Shown piece by piece: positions 1-10,649 of a stretch of DNA of 64,000 nt. A program made the position numbers and the translations under genes. Source of the DNA: Candidatus Thorarchaeota archaeon (GTDB lineage: Archaea > Asgardarchaeota > Thorarchaeia > Thorarchaeales > Thorarchaeaceae); the NCBI GenBank assembly GCA_019057475.1, contig DXJO01000010.1, forward strand, positions 352,001-416,000, given 5' to 3'. The first letter of the stretch is position 1. Each line of letters starts with the position of its first letter. A model generated the notes under the pieces. It saw only the letters and a program-made list of their open reading frames with translations. It was not told where the DNA came from and made no database searches.

Positions 1-2
1 CC

Positions 3-695
3 TACATTCGCCATCCCGAGCTCTCACGAAACCTTGACAGATTGGCTAAGAAACACGGGAAGACCGTTCTGGGCACCGGCATCAATCCTGGTTTCCTGAT
101 GGATTTTCTTCCCATATGCCTTTCAGCTCCCTGTCAGAGAGTAGATACGATACGCGTGACGCGCCGCATCGATTCCAGTCGTCGGCGCACATCATTCCAG
201 AAGAAAATCGGTACGGGCATGAGTCCAGCGGACTTCAAGAAGGCCATATCTGAGGGCTCGATTACAGGTCACGTGGGTTTAGTGGAATCCATTCGAATGA
301 TTAACGATGCCCTGAATCTAGAGCTCGACTCTGTAGTAGAGTTACCCCCTGAACCAGTGATTGCATCTACTGACATTGAAACCCCCGTTGCAGATGTAAA
401 GAAAGGGGATGTCATCGGATTGAAGAGCAATGGAGTGGGTAGGAAACAGGGAACGGATGTGGTAACCTTGAGCTTCATCGCACATGCGGGAGCGGAGCCG
501 GAGTTCGACGAGGTTTGCATTGAAGGCTATCCCAAGATAGTCCAGCGCATTGAAGGAGGCATTCAGGGCGATCACGGTACTGTTGGAATGATCCTGAATA
601 TGATTCCCTTGGTTATTGAGGCCCCACCTGGTCTCTTCACGATGAAAGATCTACCGTGTCCAAGAAATACGCAGTCGTTCTGGAGAGGCGACTGA
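3..695 (+). CDS. NAD(P)-dependent amine dehydrogenase, 2,4-diaminopentanoate dehydrogenase (Ord)/DapB-like; 5' end outside window
   Basis: Open frame from window start; family-typical motifs GTGINPGFLMD, GHVGLVES, IEGGIQGDHGT, APPGLFTMKDLP. Confidence 0.7.
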   Translation, partial: YIRHPELSRNLDRLAKKHGKTVLGTGINPGFLMDFLPICLSAPCQRVDTIRVTRRIDSSRRRTSFQKKIGTGMSPADFKKAISEGSITGHVGLVESIRMINDALNLELDSVVELPPEPVIASTDIETPVADVKKGDVIGLKSNGVGRKQGTDVVTLSFIAHAGAEPEFDEVCIEGYPKIVQRIEGGIQGDHGTVGMILNMIPLVIEAPPGLFTMKDLPCPRNTQSFWRGD

Positions 696-739
696 CAAGC
701 CCTCAAGACAATACATTGCTAAGTCAGGTGAATAAGATT

Positions 740-2047
740 ATGCTTGAGAAGTATAAGCAAGCAACTCCGAAATCACGCGATCTTTGGAGCAGAGCTCTAC
801 AGGTGTTCGCGGGAGGTGTTAACCACAACATACGGACCTTCGGCATGGTGTCCCCCGGTGCATATCCTCCCTACATCAAGCGTGGAAAGGGTAGCAAAAT
901 CTGGGACGTGGATGGCAACGAGTATGTCGATTGGTGGATGACGCACTACTCGCATATCTTGGGTCATAATCATCCGCGAGTGAAAGAGTCAATTCAGAAG
1001 CAGATGGAAGACTGTATTCACCTTGGCACTTTGAATGAGCATCAAATTATCTTTGCTGAGAAGATTCAGGAGGCCATCCCATACCTAAAGAGAATGCGAT
1101 TCTGCGCTACTGGAAGTGAAGCCGCCATGTATGCAGTCAGGCTCGCTCGCTTGTTTACCGGAAAGCGTCTAGTAGCTAAGGCACGTGGGGGTTGGCACGG
1201 CGGCAGTGATGCCCTTGGCTATCACATTCACTTCCCCTTCTCCGATGATCCATTCTACGACGGCGTTTCATTTGAGTTCAATGACCGCGACAGCGTGGAT
1301 TTGCTAATGAAGACACACGGAAAGGAGCTTGCCGCCGTGGTAGTTGAGCCCGTGCTTGGAGCGGGAGGAGGGATTCCACCGGGGCCCGACTTCCTTCCCT
1401 ATCTTCGCGAAGAAACAGAAACACGGGACATCTTGCTGATATTCGACGAGATAATCACAGGCTTTCGGCTTCGCTATGGTGCAGCGGGGAAAGACATCTT
1501 CGGGGCGGAACCCGATCTTCTCACACTGGGCAAGATTGCAGCTGGTGGAATGCCCCTCGGAGTTTACGGCGGACGCAAAGATGTCATGGCATTGGCCGCA
1601 CCCGGGGCAAAAGGCGGGCGCTGGGTGGGCGGTGGGACTTTTTCAAGTCATCCACTCTCTATGGTTTCAGGGATAGCAACTTTGGATCAACTGCATTCAT
1701 TATCAGATGACTACGCTTCGCTGAACAAGCGGGGAGATGACTTCCGAGAGAAGCTGAACCAAATAATGGTGAACAAGAACGTCAACTCCTTGGCTACAGG
1801 CTATGGTTCAATGCTGTTCATCAACTGCCTCAAGCGTGATTTCAGAGGCTCGACGCTGACTGGAGGCAGCATTGGAGAGGCGTTGGATACGCGCGGTCAG
1901 GATATATTCCAGGCAAGGCTGATGGAACAGGGTGTGTTTGGCTACCATGGATTGGGTGCCATGTCGTTTGAGCATTCAGAGCAAGACTTGGAGCGAACTC
2001 TCGAAGCCGTTTCTATAGCAGCTGAGAAGCTAAAGCAAACGATGTAG
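740..2047 (+). CDS. Class III PLP aminotransferase, glutamate-1-semialdehyde aminomutase-like
   Basis: WDVDGNEYVD, SGSEA-like TGSEAAM, VEPVLGAGG, LIFDEIITGFR, TLGKIAAGGMP (PLP Lys), GGTFS; ATG 740 follows SD-like CAGGTGA. Confidence 0.85.
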   Translation: MLEKYKQATPKSRDLWSRALQVFAGGVNHNIRTFGMVSPGAYPPYIKRGKGSKIWDVDGNEYVDWWMTHYSHILGHNHPRVKESIQKQMEDCIHLGTLNEHQIIFAEKIQEAIPYLKRMRFCATGSEAAMYAVRLARLFTGKRLVAKARGGWHGGSDALGYHIHFPFSDDPFYDGVSFEFNDRDSVDLLMKTHGKELAAVVVEPVLGAGGGIPPGPDFLPYLREETETRDILLIFDEIITGFRLRYGAAGKDIFGAEPDLLTLGKIAAGGMPLGVYGGRKDVMALAAPGAKGGRWVGGGTFSSHPLSMVSGIATLDQLHSLSDDYASLNKRGDDFREKLNQIMVNKNVNSLATGYGSMLFINCLKRDFRGSTLTGGSIGEALDTRGQDIFQARLMEQGVFGYHGLGAMSFEHSEQDLERTLEAVSIAAEKLKQTM

Positions 2048-2136
2048 AGAGAGCAGCATCTGTTAGTCAAAGATAAAAGGATGGCATGAGATTGACGGCT
2101 CCCCAATCATGGGCCAATCTTTCGCGGTGAATCAAG

Positions 2137-3051
2137 TTGGCAGAACCTGAAATAGAAGATAAACGAATAACTCTCGCTGAGGCGGCCAAGATGGTCCCAG
2201 ATGGGTCTGGGCTCTTCTGGGGTGGCTTTGGATTCCAGAGGCCTCCGATAGCTTTTGCGTCAGAGTTGATTAGGCAGAAGAAGCGCAATCTCACAATCTA
2301 TACATGTGGTTCAGAGGTTGATCTCGAGATATTGGTTGGCGCGGGAGTTGTTCCACGCCTTGAGATCGCTTTCGTGGCGATTGAAGCACTAGGGCTTGCT
2401 AACAACATGCGTCGCAGAGTTGCTGAGGGCAAGGTTGAGATAGAGGACTATAGCAACCTGGCAATGGCGATGAGGTTCTTGGGTGGCGCACTGAATGTTC
2501 CGTTCATGCCCCTGCGCAGCTTGATGGGGACCGACATGGTCGCCAAATCGCGGTACAGAGGCGACAAAAAGCTCAAGGTGATTGATTGCCCATTTACAGG
2601 AGAGAAGATCTGCCTTGTTCCGTCGATTCAACCAGACTTCAGCATAATCCACGCACAGCGTGTAGATATGTCTGGGAACGCACAAATCGATGGGATTGTG
2701 GGCGAGGACCTTGAAGGCAGCCGCTGTGGAAAGAAGCTCATTGTCTTAGCAGAGGAGCTCGTTGACGAAGAGGAAATTCGCATCGCGCCTGAACAGACCA
2801 AGATTCCGGCCATGTACGTTGATCATGTTGTACTTGTTCCATTCGCAGCTCACCCCATGATGTGTCACGGCTACTATGATTATGACTTGGAGTTCTTGCA
2901 GATGTTCCATAAGATTACCCGGAAAGAAGAAACTTGGCAGGAGTATCTGGACACATACATCCTTGGGGTTGAAAACCATGACGCCTATCTGGACAAGATT
3001 GGATGGAGTCGCTTGAACAAGCTGAAGGCTATCAAGCCACGGGGGTACTAA
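2137..3051 (+). CDS. CoA-transferase subunit A (glutaconate CoA-transferase GctA-like)
   Basis: GGFGFQRPP, GGALNVPFMP, CPFTGE, IIHAQRVDMSGN, AHPMMCHGYYDYD; paired with subunit B. Confidence 0.85.
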   Translation: MAEPEIEDKRITLAEAAKMVPDGSGLFWGGFGFQRPPIAFASELIRQKKRNLTIYTCGSEVDLEILVGAGVVPRLEIAFVAIEALGLANNMRRRVAEGKVEIEDYSNLAMAMRFLGGALNVPFMPLRSLMGTDMVAKSRYRGDKKLKVIDCPFTGEKICLVPSIQPDFSIIHAQRVDMSGNAQIDGIVGEDLEGSRCGKKLIVLAEELVDEEEIRIAPEQTKIPAMYVDHVVLVPFAAHPMMCHGYYDYDLEFLQMFHKITRKEETWQEYLDTYILGVENHDAYLDKIGWSRLNKLKAIKPRGY

Positions 3052-3063
3052 GGAGGTCACCCA

Positions 3064-3837
3064 ATGGTCGAGTATAGCAAGATCGAGTTCTTAGCAGCCT
3101 GTGCCTCTAGCCATGTCAGAGACGGTGAGAATGTCTTCGGCGGTACTGGTCTGCCTCTATTGGCCGCACTGTTGGCCAAAGAAACACACGCACGCAACAT
3201 CAATTTGATTTCTGAGGCTGGGTTCATCGACGCAAGGCCCAGAGAGGTTCCACTGTCAGTGGCGGACACGAGGTATTACCTCGGCTGCTCTGCGTCGATT
3301 GGTCTTATTGAGACCCTTGGGTTCATCCTTCAAGCCGGACATGTTGATGTTGGTTTTCTAGGCGCCGCTCAGATTGATGAGTATGGTAATCTCAACACCA
3401 CATACATCGGACCTTACGAATCACCGAAGGTTAGACTTCCTGGAAGTGGCGGAGGAAATGACATTGCCTCCTCAGCTAAGCGCCTGATAATAATAATGAC
3501 CCACGATAAGCGTAAGTTTGTCAAACAATTGGACCATTTCACCAGTCCTGGCCATCTTGAAGGCCCAGGGTCTCGTGAGAAATGGTCGATGGTGGGAGGC
3601 GGCCCTGAAGTGGTCATAACTGACATGTGTCAGATGGACTTCGACCCAAAGACCCTGAAGATCAGACTGATGTCGGTGCATCCGGGGTACACTGTACAGG
3701 ATGTGCTCGATAACGTGATGTTTGACTTGATAATACCGGACGATGTTCCAACGACCGACGAACCCACTCAGGAACAGATTGACGTTATGCATCGCCTGGA
3801 TTCACACGGCGTATACTTGGGCAAGGGCGGGAGCTAA
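3064..3837 (+). CDS. CoA-transferase subunit B (GctB-like)
   Basis: GTGLP, catalytic Glu in ISEAG, GFLGAAQIDEYGNLN, RLPGSGGGND, SVHPG. Confidence 0.88.
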   Translation: MVEYSKIEFLAACASSHVRDGENVFGGTGLPLLAALLAKETHARNINLISEAGFIDARPREVPLSVADTRYYLGCSASIGLIETLGFILQAGHVDVGFLGAAQIDEYGNLNTTYIGPYESPKVRLPGSGGGNDIASSAKRLIIIMTHDKRKFVKQLDHFTSPGHLEGPGSREKWSMVGGGPEVVITDMCQMDFDPKTLKIRLMSVHPGYTVQDVLDNVMFDLIIPDDVPTTDEPTQEQIDVMHRLDSHGVYLGKGGS

Positions 3838-3856
3838 TTCGGAGACTGCACCTATC

Positions 3857-4600
3857 GTGACTTCGCTTGAACTGAGTCAATTTGAGGCGATACTCTTCGA
3901 TCTTGACTCGACGCTGACACACACAGGCGAATACGCTTTCAAGGCCTGTGAGTGGCTTCTGTCCAAGACCGTAGAGGACACGTCAGATATTCGTGAACCT
4001 TACTTCAGATCGCTCTTCTCGAACTACCGGGTTGAGATTGAGCGCATTGTCAACGGAGCACCATATATCACTCCGACGAAATGCGTGAGGAATGCTCTGA
4101 GGAAAAGCCTTGAGGACATTGGGCTTGAGGTCATTAACTCCCTGCTGGACGAAGTCACTGACATGTTCAGGAGGCTTCATGTGGAACTCTCGAAGCCCAT
4201 GCCTGACACAGAAGGTCTGCTGCAACGTCTTTCTGCGAACGGAATCAAGATGGGTGTGATAACCAATAGCTTTGTGGGGGATGTCAAAACAATTCTAGGG
4301 GGTTTCGATTTGGCGAAGTTCTTCACAGTCTTGGCCGACCCTGGAGACATGAAGGCCTTCAAGCCAATGCCCGAGATATTCGAGTATACCATGGGCGAAC
4401 TAGAGGTTTCCAAGAACGAAGTGCTGTTTGTTGGTGATGAGTACTATGCAGATATTGTTGGTGCCGCTCGGGCGGGAATTCCATCTGTCTGGGTAAATAT
4501 CAGAGGGTCCTCATACGAGAAGAGCTTGACCAAGTATGGCGATGATACCGCACCGCTTCTTGTGCTTGATGCCCTAGCAGAGCTTGGGAATTGCTTTTGA
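3857..4600 (+). CDS. HAD-superfamily hydrolase
   Basis: Motif I LFDLDSTL, motif II ITNS, KPMPEIF, motif IV FVGDEYYADIVGA; start moved to GTG 3857 to avoid overlap. Confidence 0.85.
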   Translation: MTSLELSQFEAILFDLDSTLTHTGEYAFKACEWLLSKTVEDTSDIREPYFRSLFSNYRVEIERIVNGAPYITPTKCVRNALRKSLEDIGLEVINSLLDEVTDMFRRLHVELSKPMPDTEGLLQRLSANGIKMGVITNSFVGDVKTILGGFDLAKFFTVLADPGDMKAFKPMPEIFEYTMGELEVSKNEVLFVGDEYYADIVGAARAGIPSVWVNIRGSSYEKSLTKYGDDTAPLLVLDALAELGNCF

Positions 4601-4720
4601 CTCTCCCGTTACGCGGTAGCGCGCCTCGTTTAGCTCAATTTGAGTCGCGTTAGACGAACAATACATATTAGCAACTCACGAGAACGGAGTCCTGTAAGCA
4701 CGAAAGGAGCTGCATGCAAC

Positions 4721-5167
4721 TTGAGCGGCGAAAATGACGAAACGGGCCCACTCCGAGCGCGTTCGGACCTCATTGACATACTAAGTAGTGATCCTAAGAA
4801 CACCGACGCCCTAGTCACAATCATTGAAAACGAGCTGAAGGACATCAAGGACGGTGATGTTGTTGACAAGATTTCAGCTGCAGTAGCTAGCGCCGCTGAT
4901 CGGACTGATATAGGCTCGAAAGCACGTGATAATCTCCTGTTCTGGCTGACGGAAACAAGCCCAGATGTTAGACAAATGATCATGGTGCAAACGATTGAGC
5001 ATCTCTTGCAGAACCCCGAATGTCGCAAGCCAACTCTTTCAGCCCTTGCCAAAGTGTCATCCAAAGAAAATGTCAAACTAGTGCTTGATTGGCATGACCG
5101 TGGAATTTTGACACTCAATCAGGCAGTCTTTGTTTTACTCTATCCTGATTCATCCAAGTTGGGTTAG
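4721..5167 (+). CDS. Hypothetical alpha-helical protein
   Basis: Protein-like ORF; TTG 4721 follows SD-like AAGGAG; no recognisable motif. Confidence 0.6.
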   Translation: MSGENDETGPLRARSDLIDILSSDPKNTDALVTIIENELKDIKDGDVVDKISAAVASAADRTDIGSKARDNLLFWLTETSPDVRQMIMVQTIEHLLQNPECRKPTLSALAKVSSKENVKLVLDWHDRGILTLNQAVFVLLYPDSSKLG

Positions 5168-5188
5168 GTGCGTTAAGAGGCCCTACTC

Positions 5189-5461
5189 CTACACTGTGAT
5201 ATCGGGTAGGAACTTTCGGACATGCTTCTCCCAGGCCGGTTTCAGTTCGAGAGTTTTCTTGGCGCAGGCAATTGCCTCATCCTTCTGCCCCAGTCGATGA
5301 TGTAACTGCGCCTTGTAGAACCATGCTTTCTCGAAGCTTGGATTGAGTTTTATGGCCTCTTCATACGCCTTTAGAGCACCTTCCGAGTCGCCAGCTTTTT
5401 CTCGAATCTTTGCTTCTCCGAACCAATCGTACTCTGTATAATCTCCGGGTTCGATGGACAT
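5189..5461 (-). CDS. Small tetratricopeptide-repeat protein
   Basis: Two TPR units (ALKAYEEAIKLNP, AWFYKA...AIACAKKTLELKP). Confidence 0.8.
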   Translation of the reverse strand: MSIEPGDYTEYDWFGEAKIREKAGDSEGALKAYEEAIKLNPSFEKAWFYKAQLHHRLGQKDEAIACAKKTLELKPAWEKHVRKFLPDITV

Positions 5462-5573
5462 TGCTTAGAACACCTACTTTGTGTTTCCTATGCCATTCAC
5501 CCTAATAAATCAAGAGCCAAGCATCGGGAGTCAGTTGAGAAAACCAAATAGGGAGTTGCCATACATTTCTTGA

Positions 5574-6107
5574 GTGGTATGGATAGTACGGATTGCGAAG
5601 GAGTACCCGGTGTCAATAGCCATAGCATCTGTAACTCTTCCATTGCCAATAGGCCTTGTTGAATGGCATCATCTCCTTATTGACACAATCAGCGATACCA
5701 GCTACTACTTCGTTTAGGGTGGATATAGTGTTCGATACAATCGGTTTGGCTTCTATTATTCCACTGGCTTCGGTCCAATCAACTATAAGGCGTCGGTTGC
5801 CCTTGCCATCATTTGGGTGGCCATCGCAGCTGTTCTGATTGCTAGCAACCTTGCGCTTTCCAGACAGATGCTATCTGTTCGGACAAATTTCATCATTGCG
5901 TTCCTATGTCTGCTGGCTCAAATCGTTGTCCCGATTGTCGTCATGATGGCTCTCTCTCCAAACTTCGCGATGACCTTTGCTGCACCGCTACCAGTTCCCA
6001 GTATTCTGCAAATGGTCTGCTACTCGGCTATGCGTTTTTTCTCGAAAGGTCAAAGCTCCAGCCCTCAACCACTCCCTGACGTCGGCATAACAATCGAAAG
6101 GCTTTAA
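5574..6107 (+). pseudogene. Membrane protein ORF interrupted by one in-frame TAG at 5715-5717
   Basis: Frame reads ...TSYYFV*GGYSVRYNRFG...ALAIIWVAIAAVLIAS and continues into the hydrophobic 5817-6107 ORF. Confidence 0.5.
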
Positions 6108-6156
6108 ATCGTCACTAGGGACTCATCGCTATCTGACTACCAACAGAGGGAGTCCA

Positions 6157-6558
6157 TTGAGTTCATCAAAGAAAATACGTGTACTGGTTGCCAAACCCGG
6201 TCTTGATGGGCACGATCGCGGCGCGAAGATTGTTGCCAGGGCATTGCGGGACGCCGGGATGGAAGTCATCTATACCGGCCTTCGGCAGACACCGGAGATG
6301 ATTGTCGAAGCGGCAATTTCTGAAGATGTCAATGTAATAGGAATGAGTATTCTGTCCGGCGCACACAATGCTCTCTTCCCGAAGGTCATAGATCTTTTGA
6401 AGGCCGAAGGCGTTGATAACATCCTTGTAATCGGCGGAGGAATCATACCCCAAGACGATGTTCCCGCGCTCAAAGCCGCCGGCATCGCAGAGGTATTCGG
6501 TCCAGGTACTCCTCTGGCAGAAATAGTGGGATACATCGAGTCTAACGTCAAGTTGTAA
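6157..6558 (+). CDS. Methylmalonyl-CoA mutase cobalamin-binding subunit
   Basis: [12 protein letters not shown]12-binding motif, SILSGAH, GGGIIP, FGPGT. Confidence 0.95.
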   Translation: MSSSKKIRVLVAKPGLDGHDRGAKIVARALRDAGMEVIYTGLRQTPEMIVEAAISEDVNVIGMSILSGAHNALFPKVIDLLKAEGVDNILVIGGGIIPQDDVPALKAAGIAEVFGPGTPLAEIVGYIESNVKL

Positions 6559-6583
6559 TCGACCTTCCGAGAGGACAAATGCC

Positions 6584-7543
6584 TTGCCGGCGACAAAACT
6601 TGTGAAAGGGGTTCTCAAGGGGAACAGGCGAGACCTGGCTCGACTAATCACACTGATAGAAAATGAGCACTCCTCAGCGGCAACCGCGCTCAGCATGCTC
6701 TACAAGCATACTGGCAATGCTCACATTGTGGGAGTGACAGGACCTCCAGGCTCAGGCAAGAGCACATTGGTGACCAGGATTACTGCTAAGTATCGAAAGA
6801 GAAGCAAAACTATCGGAATTGTGTGTGTTGACCCTTCGAGTCCATTCACCGGCGGTGCACTGCTCGGGGATAGGATTCGGATGCAGGAACACAGCCTCGA
6901 TAAGGACGTCTATGTGCGGAGCATGAGTACTAGAGGTCACCTCGGTGGTCTAGCTCGGGCTACATCGGACGCAGTGCGTGTCATGGACGCCTTTGGCAAG
7001 GACATAGTCATTGTGGAAACAGTGGGCGCTGGTCAGTCTGAGGTCCAAGTTGTTGAGGTTGCACATACAGTTATTGTGGTAGATGTCCCAGGGGCAGGGG
7101 ACGACATTCAGGCCATCAAAGCGGGCATCATGGAAATTGCAGACATCTTTGTCGTCAACAAGGCTGACTATCCGGGGGCTGATAAGAAGGTCACTGAGAT
7201 CAACGCAATGCTCGATCTCGATTCTCGAGAGCGGAGTTGGCGACCCCCGGTATTGGTTACCAATGCGCTCACTGGGGATGGCATTCCGGAACTTGTAGAT
7301 ATGATAGGCAAGCACATGTCCTATCTGCAAGAGACCGGTCTCTTGAAGCAGAAGGGGCTTCAACGCAGCCGTGATGAGCTTGAACAGATAATGGAATACA
7401 AGCTGACCAAAGAGCTCTTCACAAGGCTCCGGGGTACTCCAGAGTACGAACAGGCAATCAAGAAGATAGCTGGAAGAAATGATGACCCGTACTCGGTTGC
7501 AGAGCGACTAATTGCTGAGTTTTTGACCAGTGTTAGGGGGTAG
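6584..7543 (+). CDS. meaB: Mutase-associated GTPase chaperone MeaB/ArgK
   Basis: GPPGSGKST, VDPSSPFTGGALLGDRIRM, ETVGAGQSE, KAGIMEIAD, NKAD. Confidence 0.95.
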   Translation: MPATKLVKGVLKGNRRDLARLITLIENEHSSAATALSMLYKHTGNAHIVGVTGPPGSGKSTLVTRITAKYRKRSKTIGIVCVDPSSPFTGGALLGDRIRMQEHSLDKDVYVRSMSTRGHLGGLARATSDAVRVMDAFGKDIVIVETVGAGQSEVQVVEVAHTVIVVDVPGAGDDIQAIKAGIMEIADIFVVNKADYPGADKKVTEINAMLDLDSRERSWRPPVLVTNALTGDGIPELVDMIGKHMSYLQETGLLKQKGLQRSRDELEQIMEYKLTKELFTRLRGTPEYEQAIKKIAGRNDDPYSVAERLIAEFLTSVRG

Positions 7544-7553
7544 GTGAAAAATA

Positions 7554-9227
7554 ATGGGATCTGAAAAGGGTCTCCGCAAGATAATCAAGGAATGGGAAGA
7601 GGGTCCTGTCGCAAAGACACTGGCCAAGTTTCCCGAGAGGAAAGAGCAATTTGAGACCCTCTCAGGAATACCGGTGGACCGCCTGTATAGCCCCTCTGAG
7701 AAGGCGCTGAAGGATTATGGACCGGAGCTGGGTTTTCCCGGCATGTTTCCTTTTACGCGCGGTGTTCAGCCTACGATGTATCGTGGACGCTTTTGGACGA
7801 TGCGCCAATACAGTGGCTTTGCCACCGCGAAGGAAACGAACGAGCGCTTCAAGTTCCTGCTTGATCAGGGGCAAACTGGTCTCTCTATCGCCTTCGACCT
7901 TCCAACTCAGATAGGCTATGACTCTGACAATCCTCTCGCCCAAGGTGAGGTTGGTAAGGTCGGAGTGGCAATCGACTCTCTGGCAGACATGGAGTTGTTA
8001 TTCGATGGAATCCCCCTAGACAAGGTCAGCACATCTATGACGATCAACGCTCCTGCAGCTATTCTCCTAGCAATGTATATCGCCGTAGGTGAGAAGCAAG
8101 GAGTGCCCATGAACAAGCTTCGCGGGACAATTCAGAACGATATTCTAAAGGAATACGTTGCCCGCGGGACATGGGTGTTTGGCCCGAATCCCTCCATGAG
8201 GATAACCACAGACATAATGGAATACTGTGCGAAGAATCTCCCTCTATGGAACCCCCTCTCCATATCAGGATACCACATTAGAGAGGCAGGCTCGACAGCA
8301 ATCCAAGAGATAGCATTCACCCTACTCAACGGGATGGCATATGTTCAGGCAGGAGTCGATAGTGGTCTGGATGTAGACAGTTTTGCACCTCGACTCTCAT
8401 TCTTCTTTAGCGCCCACAATGACATTCTTGAGGAGGTGGCAAAGTTCAGGGCGGCACGAAGGATGTGGGCACGTTTAATGAGAGAAAGAATAGGGGCAAA
8501 GGATCCGCGTTCATGGAAATTGCGTTTTCATACTCAGACTGCTGGTTGTTCGCTGACCGCTCAACAACCCGTGAATAATGTTGTTCGTGTGGCCTATCAA
8601 GCACTTGCTGCAATCCTAGGAGGTACGCAATCACTACATACAAACAGCATGGATGAAGCACTTTGCTTGCCAACAGAAGATGCAGTTCGAGTTGCATTGC
8701 GTACTCAACAGATTCTTGCTCATGAGAGTGGCATTGTAAACACGATTGACCCGTTGGGAGGGTCGTATTATGTCGAATCTCTCACCAACCAGCTAGAAGA
8801 GAAGGCGTACAAGTACTTCGACCAAGTCGAGTCAATGGGTGGAGTGATTCGAGCCATCGAGAAGGGGTTCTTCCAGCGTGAGATTGCGGAATCTGCATAC
8901 AAGTATCAGCTTGAGATTGACGCTGAGCAAAGAACGGTTGTTGGCGTCAATGATTTCATCATTGAAGGCGAGGAGCTGAAATTACCCGTATTGCAGGTCG
9001 ATAAGGAAATAGAGTGTCATCAGGTTGAGAGAGTCAAACTTGGTCGAAGAAAACGTGACAATAAGAAAGTCCTCGAATACTTGGATGATTTGAGAAAGGT
9101 TTCAAAAGGCACCGAGAATGTAATGCCATCTGTCTTGAAGGCAGTAAGGGCACATGCCACTGTTGGCGAGATAATGCATGTGTGGCGTGAAGTCTATGGT
9201 GAATGGAACCAGCCCAAGGTCCTCTAG
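7554..9227 (+). CDS. Methylmalonyl-CoA (acyl-CoA) mutase substrate-binding subunit
   Basis: [63 protein letters not shown]. Confidence 0.95.
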   Translation: MGSEKGLRKIIKEWEEGPVAKTLAKFPERKEQFETLSGIPVDRLYSPSEKALKDYGPELGFPGMFPFTRGVQPTMYRGRFWTMRQYSGFATAKETNERFKFLLDQGQTGLSIAFDLPTQIGYDSDNPLAQGEVGKVGVAIDSLADMELLFDGIPLDKVSTSMTINAPAAILLAMYIAVGEKQGVPMNKLRGTIQNDILKEYVARGTWVFGPNPSMRITTDIMEYCAKNLPLWNPLSISGYHIREAGSTAIQEIAFTLLNGMAYVQAGVDSGLDVDSFAPRLSFFFSAHNDILEEVAKFRAARRMWARLMRERIGAKDPRSWKLRFHTQTAGCSLTAQQPVNNVVRVAYQALAAILGGTQSLHTNSMDEALCLPTEDAVRVALRTQQILAHESGIVNTIDPLGGSYYVESLTNQLEEKAYKYFDQVESMGGVIRAIEKGFFQREIAESAYKYQLEIDAEQRTVVGVNDFIIEGEELKLPVLQVDKEIECHQVERVKLGRRKRDNKKVLEYLDDLRKVSKGTENVMPSVLKAVRAHATVGEIMHVWREVYGEWNQPKVL

Positions 9228-9229
9228 CT

Positions 9230-9629
9230 TCGAAGATGGCAGAACAACAGCAGTCTGCAGCCTATCATCCGAGTCCAAAGCAAAGACCTCCGGCTCGATT
9301 CCCAGTTCGAAGGCTATGTCAGCGAGCTTATCCGTTCCACACTGCGCTCCTGAGGATGTGTTAGGCGGTCTCGCAGAAGAAACACTTCTTCCATTCTGCA
9401 ATAAAGAACAGCCACACCTCCGGTACGGTGTCAACGCCCGAAAGCACTGATGGGCGAGATTCGCCACACTGTTTACAACTCCAAGGTTGTACCATGCTGA
9501 AGCATTGTCAGGCTCAATCTCTGCTGTCATGCGGTATGCTTGCTCTGCCTTTGGGTGTCTTCCCTGCTTGTGGAGTTCGAATCCAAGATTACACCATTCG
9601 TCGGCGTCGTTAGGCTGAATACCTATCAC
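9230..9629 (-). pseudogene. Degraded TPR gene fragment followed by unrelated remnant sequence
   Basis: About 1.5 TPR units (WCNLG...AEQAYR...PDNASAWYNLG), then non-protein-like sequence that runs into the mutase 3' end. Confidence 0.4.
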
Positions 9630-9745
9630 CGATGATTGACTCCATTATGAAATTGATAAGTTTGATTGGCATGAAGAACGCAAACGATTGTAAGCAGGCA
9701 TGCAGGCGTAGTTGTCTTAAGGAAGAAACGATGATGTGGGTTTAG

Positions 9746-10441
9746 GTGGTTCCAGTGTCCGAAAAGGATGAAGTGAACTCGAAAGCTGAAGATTCACCCC
9801 TTGGGAGCGTGTTCGAAACTCTAGGTGTTGAGTTCACTGTCATTGACCTAAACTGGTCCCCCGAAGAGGAATCAGACTGGGTCCCAGAGGATGAAGAGGA
9901 AACTGAAGACGCAGAAGCTGAGGACGAAGAGGAGAGCGAAGACGCAGAAGTCGAAGAAGAAAGCGAGTTGGATGATGAACGGGAACAAATGGACCCTAAT
10001 CAACTCCTCCTGCACACACTCGCAACTATGTCCATGAGTGCAATCGAGGACTTGGACCACGACGAGCCGTACGAAAAGGTTCAGTGGATTGAAGACCTTG
10101 CGGAGCGATACCTGTGCCTTATTCCGACACAGATCCACCCTGTTGGCACTGGCTCCGGGATGTACTTGCGCTTCTGGGGATACCTCTGTGAGTTCGACCC
10201 TGAGACAGAGTCAGTCAGCGGCAGGAGGGTGACAATGTCAATCCCCTCAAAGTTAAGGAAGCAGATGGGAGCAGACCCTGAGAGCTTCTCGATGAAGGCG
10301 GACCCTGTCGATGACGCGGTCGTGTTCATGATAATCACGCAATACTACGGTCGAGAAGAGTTCGAGGTAGATGGGCAGAAGAGGAGTGCCCACAAGTTCG
10401 GAGCAATAAACCTCGTGGAGGGTCATTGGTCTGAAGACTAG
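9746..10441 (+). CDS. Hypothetical protein with acidic (E/D-rich) low-complexity segment
   Basis: 231-aa ORF; globular-looking C-terminal half; no known motif. Confidence 0.65.
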   Translation: MVPVSEKDEVNSKAEDSPLGSVFETLGVEFTVIDLNWSPEEESDWVPEDEEETEDAEAEDEEESEDAEVEEESELDDEREQMDPNQLLLHTLATMSMSAIEDLDHDEPYEKVQWIEDLAERYLCLIPTQIHPVGTGSGMYLRFWGYLCEFDPETESVSGRRVTMSIPSKLRKQMGADPESFSMKADPVDDAVVFMIITQYYGREEFEVDGQKRSAHKFGAINLVEGHWSED

Positions 10442-10649
10442 TTCAATGATTTGCAGTATCTTCGTTATCCTTCTACCCTTTGGATGATGTCAAAGGTCTT
10501 CCGTTCCACAACAGACCATTGAACTTCTCGAAGATGTCAACAGCGTGCAGACAGAGTGCGAGGGTGGCGGGCATAGTAAATAGGGCTATTCTAACGAAAC
10601 AGGTACGTCAGTATTGCTCCACCACCACAACGCATAGGTCTTTCCGATG

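Noticed and set aside
10586-10595. Box-B-like CTATTCTAAC as a fifth element copy
   Set aside because: There is no box A 65 nt upstream, and it lies between convergent genes.
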